A DNA stretch of 64,000 bases from an uncultured Acidobacteriota bacterium. Its GTDB lineage: Bacteria > Acidobacteriota > Thermoanaerobaculia > Multivoradales > JAHEKO01. The stretch is taken from assembly GCA_963713825.1 (NCBI GenBank), contig CAVQNG010000003.1, positions 553,794-617,793 of the forward strand. The letters run 5' to 3'. Positions 30,116 through 38,718 of this stretch are shown here, piece after piece. The first letter of the stretch is position 1; every line of letters begins with the position of its first letter. The notes beneath the pieces were generated by a model, which ran no database searches, was not told where the DNA came from, and saw only the letters and a list, made by a program, of their open reading frames with translations. Both the position numbers and the translations under genes were made by a program.

Positions 30116-30819
30116 CAACTGTACCCACCGTCGCCGACCGTGTCCGTGGCATTCGCCAGCGCATCGCTGCAGCCTGCGATCGCTGTGGCCGAGACCCCGC
30201 GGAAGTGACTCTGCTGGGCGCCAGCAAGAGCCAGCCTCTAGAACGCATGCAAGAGGCCTGGGCCGCGGGAGTCGAGGTCTTTGGAGAGAACCGGGTCCAG
30301 GAGGCCCTGGCCAAGATGCCCAGTCTCCCAGCCGGAATCGATTGGCATCTGATCGGACCGCTGCAGACCAACAAGGTCAAGAAAGTCGTGCCGCGATTCT
30401 CGACTGTCCACGCCATCGACCGGATCAAGCTGGCCCATGCCCTCGACAAGGAGGCCCAAAGGTCAGAGCGCACCATCGACGGTTTCCTCGAAGTGAATCT
30501 CGGTGGTGAAGAGACCAAGCACGGCTTTCAGCCCGACGATGTGGTGAACGCAGCCGAGCAACTCGCCGCCTTGCAGTCCGTGCGCCTGGTCGGTCTCATG
30601 GCAATTCCGCCAGTCGAGAGCGAAGAAGCGGCGATTCGCGGCTGGTTTCGACAATTGCGAAGTCTTCGCGACGCTCTGCGCCCAGGGCTCGGCTGGCAGG
30701 AATCGGACGGCTACCTCTCCATGGGCATGAGTCAGGACTTCGAGGTCGCCATCGAAGAAGGTGCGACCCATGTGAGAATCGGCACGGCCCTGTTCGGTCC
30801 TCGCGAGATGCGACCGTAG
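30112..30819 (+). CDS. yggS: YggS-family pyridoxal-phosphate-binding protein
   Basis: 235 aa with LLGASKSQP, FGENRVQEA, WHLIGPLQTNKVKKV, GLMAIPP and LSMGMSQDFEVAIEEGATHVRIGTALFG. ATGA overlap with rnhA. Confidence 0.9.
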   Translation: MTTVPTVADRVRGIRQRIAAACDRCGRDPAEVTLLGASKSQPLERMQEAWAAGVEVFGENRVQEALAKMPSLPAGIDWHLIGPLQTNKVKKVVPRFSTVHAIDRIKLAHALDKEAQRSERTIDGFLEVNLGGEETKHGFQPDDVVNAAEQLAALQSVRLVGLMAIPPVESEEAAIRGWFRQLRSLRDALRPGLGWQESDGYLSMGMSQDFEVAIEEGATHVRIGTALFGPREMRP

Positions 30820-30861
30820 CCGCCCGCAGATCCCCGGAGTTCATCGACCCCTCTGGACCTC

Positions 30862-31164
30862 ATGCCGAAGTCAGTTCCGCTCGCTGCAACGACCCGCAGA
30901 CTCCTGGCGCACTACAGCGAGAGCAGCGTAGAGCTCCCACAACACCAGGCCTTCTTGATCGGCCGTCTCTTCGAGGAAGGCGATACTCCAGATCTCCGTT
31001 GGCTGACAGACAACGTCAGCGAAGAGGAGCTCTCGGGCTGGCTTCGGACGTACGGAGGTCGCTCCCTCTCGCAACGCTCGCTGGCCTTCTGGGCGACCCT
31101 GCTGAGAGATCCACAAGCCATCGCCGACCGGCCCGCAGCCAATGAGGACCTATGGCCCCTTTGA
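30862..31164 (+). CDS. Hypothetical small protein, probable partner of the downstream nucleotidyltransferase
   Basis: 100-aa ORF that overlaps the next gene by 13 nt. I recognise no family, and partner status is inferred from the overlap. Confidence 0.45.
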   Translation: MPKSVPLAATTRRLLAHYSESSVELPQHQAFLIGRLFEEGDTPDLRWLTDNVSEEELSGWLRTYGGRSLSQRSLAFWATLLRDPQAIADRPAANEDLWPL

Positions 31165-31829
31165 CAATTCGCCATCCCGAGAGCCTGTCACCCAAGAGCA
31201 CGGCTCTTCTTTCTGAACTGGCAAGTCTCGAGTGGGCCACGGAGACTTATCTGGCAGGCTCGGCAGCCCTCGCTCTCTACTTGGGACATCGTCCCGTTCG
31301 CGACCTCGATCTCATGAGCCCTGTGCTGCGGCTGCGCGCCGTCGACCGGCGCGACATCCTGCAGGACCTGCTGAGTGTGGATCAAGCCTGCCGAGTGGAA
31401 ACGGCTCGCGATGGGTTCCTCTACGCCCGGATGAGCGGAGAAGTCGCCCTCAGGCTCTTCTACTACCCCTACCCACAAGTCGACGCCGTAACCGAGCACC
31501 AGGGACTCACGGTGGCTTCACCCATCGATCTCGGACTCATGAAGCTGGGGGCCATCATCAGTCGCGGCACTTGTCGGGATTTCGTCGACCTTTATCTACT
31601 CTGCCAGAACCTTCCCTTGGCAGAGCTGCTGGAGGCGTCGGTCCACAAATTCGGACATGTGAGGGATTTCCCCATCCAGGCCCTCAAAGGACTCAGTGAC
31701 CTCTCGCAGACGACAGGTGAGCCCATGCCTATCCTGTCCAGGCCTGTTGATTGGGAGGATGTGGTTGCCTGGACGAGAGAGCAAGTCGAGACCCTGGGCC
31801 GCGAACGCATAGGATTGGAACTGCCATGA
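31152..31829 (+). CDS. AbiEii/AbiGii-like nucleotidyltransferase family protein
   Basis: 225 aa. YLAGSAALALYLGHRPVRDLDLMSP resembles the GG(T/S)AL...R.S.DLD nucleotidyltransferase motif of DUF1814/AbiEii proteins. The later IDLGLMKLGAIISRGTCRDFVDLYLL block is also typical. Confidence 0.6.
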   Translation: MAPLTIRHPESLSPKSTALLSELASLEWATETYLAGSAALALYLGHRPVRDLDLMSPVLRLRAVDRRDILQDLLSVDQACRVETARDGFLYARMSGEVALRLFYYPYPQVDAVTEHQGLTVASPIDLGLMKLGAIISRGTCRDFVDLYLLCQNLPLAELLEASVHKFGHVRDFPIQALKGLSDLSQTTGEPMPILSRPVDWEDVVAWTREQVETLGRERIGLELP

Positions 31830-33097
31830 GCGAACTGTTGATCACCAACCTGTCCGAAATCGCCACACCGATTGGTAACGAGGCTCTGACCGGAGTCGAT
31901 CAAGGCAAGGTTCGTCGCTTGTCAGGGGTCGAAGTCTTGTGCCGAGACGAAGAGATCGCAGGCGTCGGGACGAGGGACGAGATCGAGCGCCAAATGGGCT
32001 CCCTGGAGGCGGTCGAGCGACTCGATGCCGATGGCGGCACCCTGGTGCCGGGGTTCGTGGACCCGCACACCCACCTGCCCTGGGCGGGCAGTCGCGAGGC
32101 AGAGTTCGCTCAGCGCCTGGCGGGTAAGACCTACATGGAGATCGCCGCCGAGGGCGGGGGAATACTGTCCACCGTGCGCGCCACGCGTGAGGCTTCGGAA
32201 CCGGACCTCGCCGAGAGAGTCCTGGATCGCCTCGACCTGATGCTCACCCATGGCACGACTACCGCCGAGGCCAAGAGTGGCTACGGTCTGACCCTCGACG
32301 ACGAGTTGAAGCAACTGCGGGCAATCCGCCACGCCTCCGAGGAGCATCCGGTCGACCTGATACCGACGCTTCTCGCGGCTCATGAGACTCCGCCCGAGTA
32401 TCGCCAACAGAGGGACCGCTATCTCGACATCGTCTGCCAGGAGATCATCCCCGCCACCTCCGAGGCTGGGCTCGCCCAGTTCTGCGATGTCTTCTGTGAG
32501 GAGGGCGTCTTCACGGCCGAGGAATCCCACCGCGTGCTGACAGCCGGTGCAGAGAATGGCCTGGCCCCGAGACTTCACGCCGACGAGTTTGTCGACTCAG
32601 GCGGCGCCGAGTTGGCGGCCGAGCTCAAGGCCCTGTCGGCCGATCACCTCACCGCAGTCTCTCCGGCCGGCGTCGAGGCGATGGCAGCCACCGGCGTTAC
32701 GGCGGTTCTGCTGCCGGGAACCAGCTTCTTCCTCATGAAGCACAAATACGCACCGGCTCGTAGACTCCTCGAGGCGGGCGTGCCGATTGCCCTGGCCACC
32801 GACTGTAATCCGGGATCCTCCTTCACCGAGTCGGTGCCGATGGTCTTCGTACTGGCGGTTTACGAGTTGGGGCTATCGATCGAAGAGGCCTTGACCGCGG
32901 CGACACTGAATGCCGCCTGCTGCCTGGACCTCGGTGAGCGCATCGGATCGATCGAAGTCGGCAAGCAGGCCGACCTGGTAGTTCTCGCCGCACCGAACCT
33001 GCTGCACCTCGCCTACCACTACGGCATCAACCTGGTGAGCGCCGTCGTCAAGAGCGGCAAAGTCGTGCATCAGGCCAGCAACTACAAGCACCTATAA
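31826..33097 (+). CDS. hutI: Imidazolonepropionase
   Basis: I take the start at MSELLITNL (ATG 31826, ATGA overlap with the upstream stop). GFVDPHTHLPWAGSREAEF, EAKSGYGL, RLHADEF, LSADHL and ALATDCNPGSS fit the amidohydrolase HutI pattern. Confidence 0.9.
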   Translation: MSELLITNLSEIATPIGNEALTGVDQGKVRRLSGVEVLCRDEEIAGVGTRDEIERQMGSLEAVERLDADGGTLVPGFVDPHTHLPWAGSREAEFAQRLAGKTYMEIAAEGGGILSTVRATREASEPDLAERVLDRLDLMLTHGTTTAEAKSGYGLTLDDELKQLRAIRHASEEHPVDLIPTLLAAHETPPEYRQQRDRYLDIVCQEIIPATSEAGLAQFCDVFCEEGVFTAEESHRVLTAGAENGLAPRLHADEFVDSGGAELAAELKALSADHLTAVSPAGVEAMAATGVTAVLLPGTSFFLMKHKYAPARRLLEAGVPIALATDCNPGSSFTESVPMVFVLAVYELGLSIEEALTAATLNAACCLDLGERIGSIEVGKQADLVVLAAPNLLHLAYHYGINLVSAVVKSGKVVHQASNYKHL

Positions 33098-33099
33098 AG

Positions 33100-33246
33100 A
33101 GGGGGCATAGGGGCGTAGGGGCTTAAGGGCTTAGGGGCGCGGGAGGGGGGGGGGCCACTGCCCTAAAGGTCAGCCGGAGCGAGCGACGGCTGCCTCAACC
33201 CCCAAGCCCTCGAGGATCGGCCGGAGGTACGACCGGCCGCCTCAAC
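33100..33246. repeat. Intergenic mosaic repeat, family R1 (locus 4)
   Basis: GGGGGCATAGGGGCGTAGGGGCTTAAGGGCTTAGGGGCG G-tract, CCACTGCCCTAAAGG, CCTCAACCCCCAAGCCCTCGAGG box and a GGCCGG-N8-CCGGCC hairpin. It lies between convergent genes. Confidence 0.75.
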
Positions 33247-33249
33247 TCT

Positions 33250-34923
33250 CTAGGCCTGCGGATAGCTCGGGCGAATGTCCACCGGCACGTCGTCCAGGCG
33301 TCCGATCGCTTCCAGTAGCGGCGCCGATGCCTGGCCGTAGGTCTCGAGGAACTTCGCGGTTCCCTCGTAGTCGCCAGTCGCCTGCAACATCAGCATCTCG
33401 TTCAGCAGGACCTCGATCGCGGCGGGGAACTTCTCCGACACCGCGTGGAATCGCCCTTCGGCATCGACTTCCAGAGCACCCTTTTCCAGCAGATAATTGA
33501 ACTGCGAGACCACGCCTTGCCCGTGCGCCTCGTGGACACCGAAGCGCGCTGCCCGGAACAACCCCGCCACATACGTCGCTTCCAGGGTCTCGCGCAGCTC
33601 CTTCGGCATCACACCCTTGTCGACCAAGGCGAGGATGTTATAGACGCCCATGACGTCGGCCTTGGCCTCCTCCATCGTGGAGTAGAGCTCCTTGAGCTCC
33701 AGTCGAACCTCGGTGTCGCGTCCGTCGAGTTGGATGAGACCCGGCCCCAAGCCGTGGCTCAACTCGTGATGCAGACTCTCGCTGAAGAACGCATCGAAGG
33801 AGACGCGGGACAGATCTTCCGGCGCCAGGACACGCTCGGCGATCGGCATCAGGATCTTGTCGAACTTGGCTCGCAGAATGTTGCGCAGCATCACCTTCTT
33901 CGATCCCTTCGCCTCGCGCACCCGCTCGTCGTTGGGAAGATTGAAGGCCAGGGTCTGGACTCCGGCCTTGGTGTCTCCACCAGCGAACAGCACATCGACG
34001 ACTCGGATCGGGCTTTCCGTGCCGCGGTCCAGGTTCTTGTGCTCCTCCGGAATGGGCAGGTTCATCTCCAACCACGGCAATTCCTGTTTGAAGCCATCAA
34101 GGGCCGCCGACTCCGCGGGCAAAGCCACGGTGACGAAGGCCTCGTAGGCAGCTTTGTAGCCGAAGAGGCTGTCCTCGTAGGTCTCATAGGGACCGATCGT
34201 CACCTCGACGGGCGAGTCCAGATCCATCCAAGCCACGTCACTGTCGTAGTAATCGTCGGTCTCGAAAGCGTCAGCCCGTAGGGATAGAAAGCTCTGAAGT
34301 GAGGCGTTGTCGGTTGCCGCGGCCGCCTCCCGCAGGTTGGCGATCGCCGGCTCCAGCCACTGGTGGTACTCCTGAGCGTAGGGCACTGCGACCAGTCCGC
34401 CGTCCTGCCGGCGAATCACCGTGAACTCAGAGGTAAAGGCCTCTTCATCCTCTGGGTGCTCGGCGAGCCAGGTCTCGAACTCACTCTGCGTCATATCTTC
34501 TGGGTAGTAGCCGGCCCCTGGTGGGTGCGGCTTGGCCCCGATAAAAGGCGCCATCTCTTCCAGGCGGTCCCACGGACCGAAGTTGACGCTGAAGTAGGCG
34601 CGGCCTGCATCCATCTCGGCACCCTGGGCGTCCTCGAGCTCCGCTTGCAGCGCCGGGTTACCCTGCCAAACCTGACGCAGAAAGATTTCGTCCATCGAGC
34701 GGGCCGCCTGGACCAGGATCTCCAGGACTCGAAGCTCGTCCTCGGACAAGCTCGAAACGTCGGCGACCAACTCGGTCGGCTCGAAACGGGCCAGCCTTTC
34801 GGCGACGTTGGCAGCCACCTCCAGGCCCTCTCCGGCTGCAGGACCAGGCCCCTGCTCGGCCTTCGGGGCGCACCCAGCGAGAACCGCGACGATCAAGACT
34901 CCACTGATTAGCCTCATGTTCAT
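33250..34923 (-). CDS. Lipoprotein, probable M49 (DPP III)-like zinc hydrolase
   Basis: 557 aa with lipobox LAGC. HHELSHGLG and the downstream EEAKADV resemble the HExxGH / EExxAE motifs of family M49. Confidence 0.55.
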   Translation of the reverse strand: MNMRLISGVLIVAVLAGCAPKAEQGPGPAAGEGLEVAANVAERLARFEPTELVADVSSLSEDELRVLEILVQAARSMDEIFLRQVWQGNPALQAELEDAQGAEMDAGRAYFSVNFGPWDRLEEMAPFIGAKPHPPGAGYYPEDMTQSEFETWLAEHPEDEEAFTSEFTVIRRQDGGLVAVPYAQEYHQWLEPAIANLREAAAATDNASLQSFLSLRADAFETDDYYDSDVAWMDLDSPVEVTIGPYETYEDSLFGYKAAYEAFVTVALPAESAALDGFKQELPWLEMNLPIPEEHKNLDRGTESPIRVVDVLFAGGDTKAGVQTLAFNLPNDERVREAKGSKKVMLRNILRAKFDKILMPIAERVLAPEDLSRVSFDAFFSESLHHELSHGLGPGLIQLDGRDTEVRLELKELYSTMEEAKADVMGVYNILALVDKGVMPKELRETLEATYVAGLFRAARFGVHEAHGQGVVSQFNYLLEKGALEVDAEGRFHAVSEKFPAAIEVLLNEMLMLQATGDYEGTAKFLETYGQASAPLLEAIGRLDDVPVDIRPSYPQA

Positions 34924-35147
34924 CCTCCTGTTCAGACCTGTTTCACCGCAGCAGAGAACCCGACTCGAAACATCTCGGGCTGTATATCTTCCTCACTCCA
35001 GAGGCTATGCCTGTTGAGCTCTCCCGGCAAGGGTTTGGGCCTGTAAACCAGGTCATCACGCTCCTCGGACACGCTGAGCTACAATCCGCCCCGTATCTGG
35101 CCCCGGCCTCATTCGAGTCCGATCGTGGCCAGCCAAGGAGAACGGTC

Positions 35148-35639
35148 ATGAACAAACTCAGATGGTGCGGATTGATCACGGGTCTCCTGCTTCTGGTCTC
35201 TTCCTCTCCCTCGATGGCGGAGCTGGGCTACCAGACCTGGGGTCTCCGCGGTGGCGTCGGTGTCGATCCCGATCAGGGAATCATCGGAGTCCAGTGGAAC
35301 CTGGGCAACTTCACCCGCAGAATCCGGCTGCAGCCCAACTTCGAGCTCGGCTTTGGCGACAACGCCGTCATCGGCAACCTGGGGATTCCGATTCACTATC
35401 GGTTCGGGAACAGTCCAAACTACACCCCTTTCGTAGGGGGCGGAGTGTTGCTCGGCTACATCAACTATGACGAGAAAAAGTCCGGCAGCAGCAGCGACTG
35501 GTTCATCGAGCCCCTGGCCTTGGTGGGTATCGAGTGGCCCCTGAGTGGAGGCGGCCAGCTCTTCGTCGAGCTAGACCTGTCCTTCGGAGACGCCCATGAC
35601 GCCAAGTTACTCCTCGGCTGGATGCGGCGAATTCGCTAG
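35148..35639 (+). CDS. Small outer-membrane beta-barrel protein
   Basis: I take the start at MNKLRWCGLITGLLLLVSSSPSMA (ATG 35148 after AAGGAGA). Alternating aromatic/glycine beta-strand pattern. Confidence 0.55.
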   Translation: MNKLRWCGLITGLLLLVSSSPSMAELGYQTWGLRGGVGVDPDQGIIGVQWNLGNFTRRIRLQPNFELGFGDNAVIGNLGIPIHYRFGNSPNYTPFVGGGVLLGYINYDEKKSGSSSDWFIEPLALVGIEWPLSGGGQLFVELDLSFGDAHDAKLLLGWMRRIR

Positions 35640-35686
35640 GCGCTATCGCACAGTCTGTGGGTTCTAGAACCTCGTGTGGCACGAGC

Positions 35687-36322
35687 TCACTCGTCCACTA
35701 CAGCTGAACGGCTTGCCAGATCGAGAAGGCCCTCTCCTTCCATGATCTGCGATCGTCGCCGATCCGTCCGGAAGGTGAGAGTCAGCGCCAACGGATCGTC
35801 GCCACCCTTGGCTTTCGCCAACCAGGCTCGAAGCACCGACGCCGGCAGATCCTCGCGGCGATAGCCCCAGACTTCGACACTCAGGCGCTCGGTCGTGACC
35901 CGTTGCTCGTTCGGGTTCTGTGTTTCCCAGGCTAGTGCCGGACGGGTGGAGATACTCAGATGCGTCGGTGAGCCCAGCAAGATCAGCGCCCGGCCGCGAG
36001 CCGTCAAACTGCCGCGGATACCCTCCTCTGCGTACAGCACATCCGCCGCCGCAACACGCTGCTCGTAGGCCTCATGGTAGGGATTGCCGGGCTCCTCTGG
36101 GCGAGGATCTCGCCGCGACCAGAAAGCCTCGATGAAGGTGGCAGCCTCCTCCGGGTCCTGAATCTGACGGATCTCCCTTCGCTCGCTCGGCAGGAGGAGC
36201 CATCGGACGGGACCCTCTGCCCAGGCGCTCGGATCCTCCGGCCCCGCAGCCCAGGCGCGAGCCGGTGGCCAGCCAACACCAAGAACCACAATCACGGTCA
36301 AGCCGAGAGCCAGGTTCCGCAT
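35687..36322 (-). CDS. GWxTD-domain-like secreted protein (degenerate motif)
   Basis: I take the start at MRNLALGLTVIVVLGV. FIEAFWSRRDPRPEEPGNPYHEAYEQRVAAADVLY...GSLTARGRALILLGSP follows the FW.RRDP...GWxTDRG...G.P pattern, with GSLTAR in place of GWxTDR. Confidence 0.5.
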   Translation of the reverse strand: MRNLALGLTVIVVLGVGWPPARAWAAGPEDPSAWAEGPVRWLLLPSERREIRQIQDPEEAATFIEAFWSRRDPRPEEPGNPYHEAYEQRVAAADVLYAEEGIRGSLTARGRALILLGSPTHLSISTRPALAWETQNPNEQRVTTERLSVEVWGYRREDLPASVLRAWLAKAKGGDDPLALTLTFRTDRRRSQIMEGEGLLDLASRSAVVDE

Positions 36323-36350
36323 GATCAGACCTGCCCCGAGGACGCCAAGG

Positions 36351-37718
36351 TTAGTCCTGATCGTCCTCGTGTGAAGGCAGCTTCCAGTGCACGGCCTCAT
36401 CGAACTCCCAACGGTAACGCGGGAAATAGACTCCCACTCCGCGCTCCGCGGAAATCATCGAGAAGCTCAAGAAACGGCGGTGATAGTCATAGGGGTACCC
36501 ATCTCGGGCATGGACAGCGACATCGAGCAGATACTCGCCGGGGGCCAGACGAAACGCTGGGCAAACGAGTCGCACAAGGGTCCGACCCTCGACTCCTTCC
36601 GAGGCGTATCCGGAGAGGCCCGTGTTGGTGCCCCAGACCTCGACATCCCGAGGCGTGAAGACGCCGATCCCGAAGACGAAGTCCGTCAACTCCTGATGCG
36701 CTTCGACTTCGATCTCGAAGCACACTTCCTCACCGCTCTCCAGGTTGTATTTCTCCTGACCGTTGGCGTCGAGTAACCGGACACCCAGGATCTCTGCCTC
36801 TCCCGAGCCCCATCGCCGCGGCTCCTCCGCGCCCTCGACACCAGCTTCCCCGTGTGATTGACTCCCCTGCTGACCATCGGCGTCGACGGCCTTGGTCGAA
36901 TCTATATCCGAAGCCTCTACGAGCTCTCTCTGGCGCGCCTCCTTGGCAGCCAGATGCGCCTCACCCTCTCGTTCGGCCACCGCCAATCGATAGGCATCCG
37001 CCACCCGCCGCGGTGAGCCGAGCAGTCGGTTGCGCCCCTTCTCGAGCCACAGCACCTCATCCGAAAACCGCTCGATGGTGTCCAGCGAGTGGCTGACCAG
37101 CAAGAGGGTGTTGCCCTTGGCGAGGAACTCCTCGATACGTCTTAGACAACGATGCTGAAAAGCCTCGTCTCCCACGGCCAGCACCTCGTCCACCAGCAGG
37201 ATCTCGGGGTCCGTATGGATCGCCACCGAGAATCCGAGTCTGACGTACATGCCCGAAGAGTAGTTCTTGACCGGCTCCTCGATGAAATCCGCCAACCCAG
37301 AGAACTCCACGATGTCGTCGTATCGGCGATCGATCTCCTTGCGGCTCAAACCCAGAACCGCACCGTTGATGTAGACGTTCTCGCGACCCGAGATCTCGGG
37401 ATGGAAGCCGGCTCCCAACTCGATCAGTGCGGCCACCCGGCCCGTCACGTCGACGCTCCCCTCGGTCGGCTGCAACATGCCCGCGAGGATCTTGAGCAGG
37501 GTCGACTTGCCGGACCCATTGCTGCCGATGACGCCGAACGCGGTTCCTTTCTTGACCGTGAAGGAGACGTCTTCCAGCGCCAGAATGGTGTCTTCCTCAC
37601 GATGACCTCCAACCAGGCTGCGTTGGAGCAGCGCACTCTTGAGCGTCCTCAACCGGAAGCCAGGCGCCATCCGCAGATAGGACTTGTGCAGGTTCTCGAC
37701 CTGGATGGCGACGCTCAT
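36351..37718 (-). CDS. Polysaccharide/O-antigen-type ABC exporter ATP-binding protein (Wzt/TagH-like) with C-terminal substrate-binding-type domain
   Basis: I take the start at MSVAIQVENL (ATG 37718, ATGA overlap with the permease stop). Walker A GSNGSGKST, signature YSSGMYVRL, Walker B ILLVDE. The extra C-terminal roughly 180 aa (EILGVRLLDANGQEKYNLESGEEVCFEIEV) resembles Wzt C-domains. The 192-codon N-terminal extension in the track ORF overlaps the permease gene and I discount it. Confidence 0.85.
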   Translation of the reverse strand: MSVAIQVENLHKSYLRMAPGFRLRTLKSALLQRSLVGGHREEDTILALEDVSFTVKKGTAFGVIGSNGSGKSTLLKILAGMLQPTEGSVDVTGRVAALIELGAGFHPEISGRENVYINGAVLGLSRKEIDRRYDDIVEFSGLADFIEEPVKNYSSGMYVRLGFSVAIHTDPEILLVDEVLAVGDEAFQHRCLRRIEEFLAKGNTLLLVSHSLDTIERFSDEVLWLEKGRNRLLGSPRRVADAYRLAVAEREGEAHLAAKEARQRELVEASDIDSTKAVDADGQQGSQSHGEAGVEGAEEPRRWGSGEAEILGVRLLDANGQEKYNLESGEEVCFEIEVEAHQELTDFVFGIGVFTPRDVEVWGTNTGLSGYASEGVEGRTLVRLVCPAFRLAPGEYLLDVAVHARDGYPYDYHRRFLSFSMISAERGVGVYFPRYRWEFDEAVHWKLPSHEDDQD

Positions 37719-38521
37719 ACCGCCTCCACCAGGCTGTCGCTGAGTCGGCCGAAGAGCCAGCAGCCCGCGACCCACAGAAGGGCACCCCAACCGACCATTT
37801 GAATCCAGATCTGCAATGACGGCACCACGCCCTGGAACAGAACAGCTTGGTAGGCCCGAGCGTACGGGGTGAAGGGATTGAGCCACTCGATCGCCCATAT
37901 CAGAGGAGGGTAGGCCTTGAGAAAATCGAGAGGGTAGATGATCGGCGTCAAGTAGAAAAGAAGCGCCAGCAGATTGCCGACAATGTCCTTGACGTCCTTG
38001 AAGTGGACATTGAGAGCCGACAGGCCCAGAGTCAAGCCGCCCAGAGCCGGTAGCTGTAGCGCCACGACGATTGGAAACAACACCACCGTCCATCCGCCGA
38101 TGGGATCGCCGAGGATCCGACCGATGATCAATCCGGCTACCAGAATCGGTATCGCGAAGACGAAGTGAACCAGGTTTGAGAGCACCGAGACCATGGGCAA
38201 GACCTCGGCGGGAAAGACAGCCTTGCGGATCAGCCCGGAGTTGGCCGTCAACGACTGGGTGCCCTCCATCAAGGAGGTGGCAACCCAGGTCCATGGAAAC
38301 AGACCGGTCATCAAGAAAAGTACGTACGGGTCCGTGCCTTCGAAGCGAGGCTTGAAGACCACGCTGAAGACGAAGGTGTAGACCCCAAGCAGCAACAGCG
38401 GAGTGACGAGTGACCAGAAGAACCCGAGCACGGAGCCCCGGTAGCGCGCCTTGAGCTCCCTCGACACCAGGGTGGCCAGCAGGCCGCGGAATCGGAACAG
38501 TCTGTCCGCAACTTTGGTCAT
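37715..38521 (-). CDS. ABC-2 type exporter permease (Wzm/TagG-like)
   Basis: I take the start at MTKVADRLFRFRGLLATLVSRELKARYRGSVLGFFW, the typical ABC-2 N-terminal motif. Six hydrophobic segments follow. Confidence 0.85.
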   Translation of the reverse strand: MTKVADRLFRFRGLLATLVSRELKARYRGSVLGFFWSLVTPLLLLGVYTFVFSVVFKPRFEGTDPYVLFLMTGLFPWTWVATSLMEGTQSLTANSGLIRKAVFPAEVLPMVSVLSNLVHFVFAIPILVAGLIIGRILGDPIGGWTVVLFPIVVALQLPALGGLTLGLSALNVHFKDVKDIVGNLLALLFYLTPIIYPLDFLKAYPPLIWAIEWLNPFTPYARAYQAVLFQGVVPSLQIWIQMVGWGALLWVAGCWLFGRLSDSLVEAV

Positions 38522-38718
38522 TCTGAGAATCGGACTTTCACTCGGTCGCCCTGACGAGCCGGCATCGCCAACCCTGCCAAAGGCCTGTCCCGCTTGGCGC
38601 CAACGCAAAGAGTACAGCAACGCGACGCAACCATGGTGAACTCAAGCGGAGGCGATGAGAAACACCCCTCCAGATTAGCGCGAAAGGCTGCTATTCAGGT
38701 GACGTGCCGAGGACTGGA

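Noticed and set aside
37719-38294. 192-codon N-terminal extension of the ABC ATPase ORF (track ORF 36351..38294)
   Set aside because: The extension overlaps the ABC-2 permease gene in another frame. The canonical ATPase N-terminus (MSVAIQVENL) starts at 37718, with an ATGA overlap to the permease stop.
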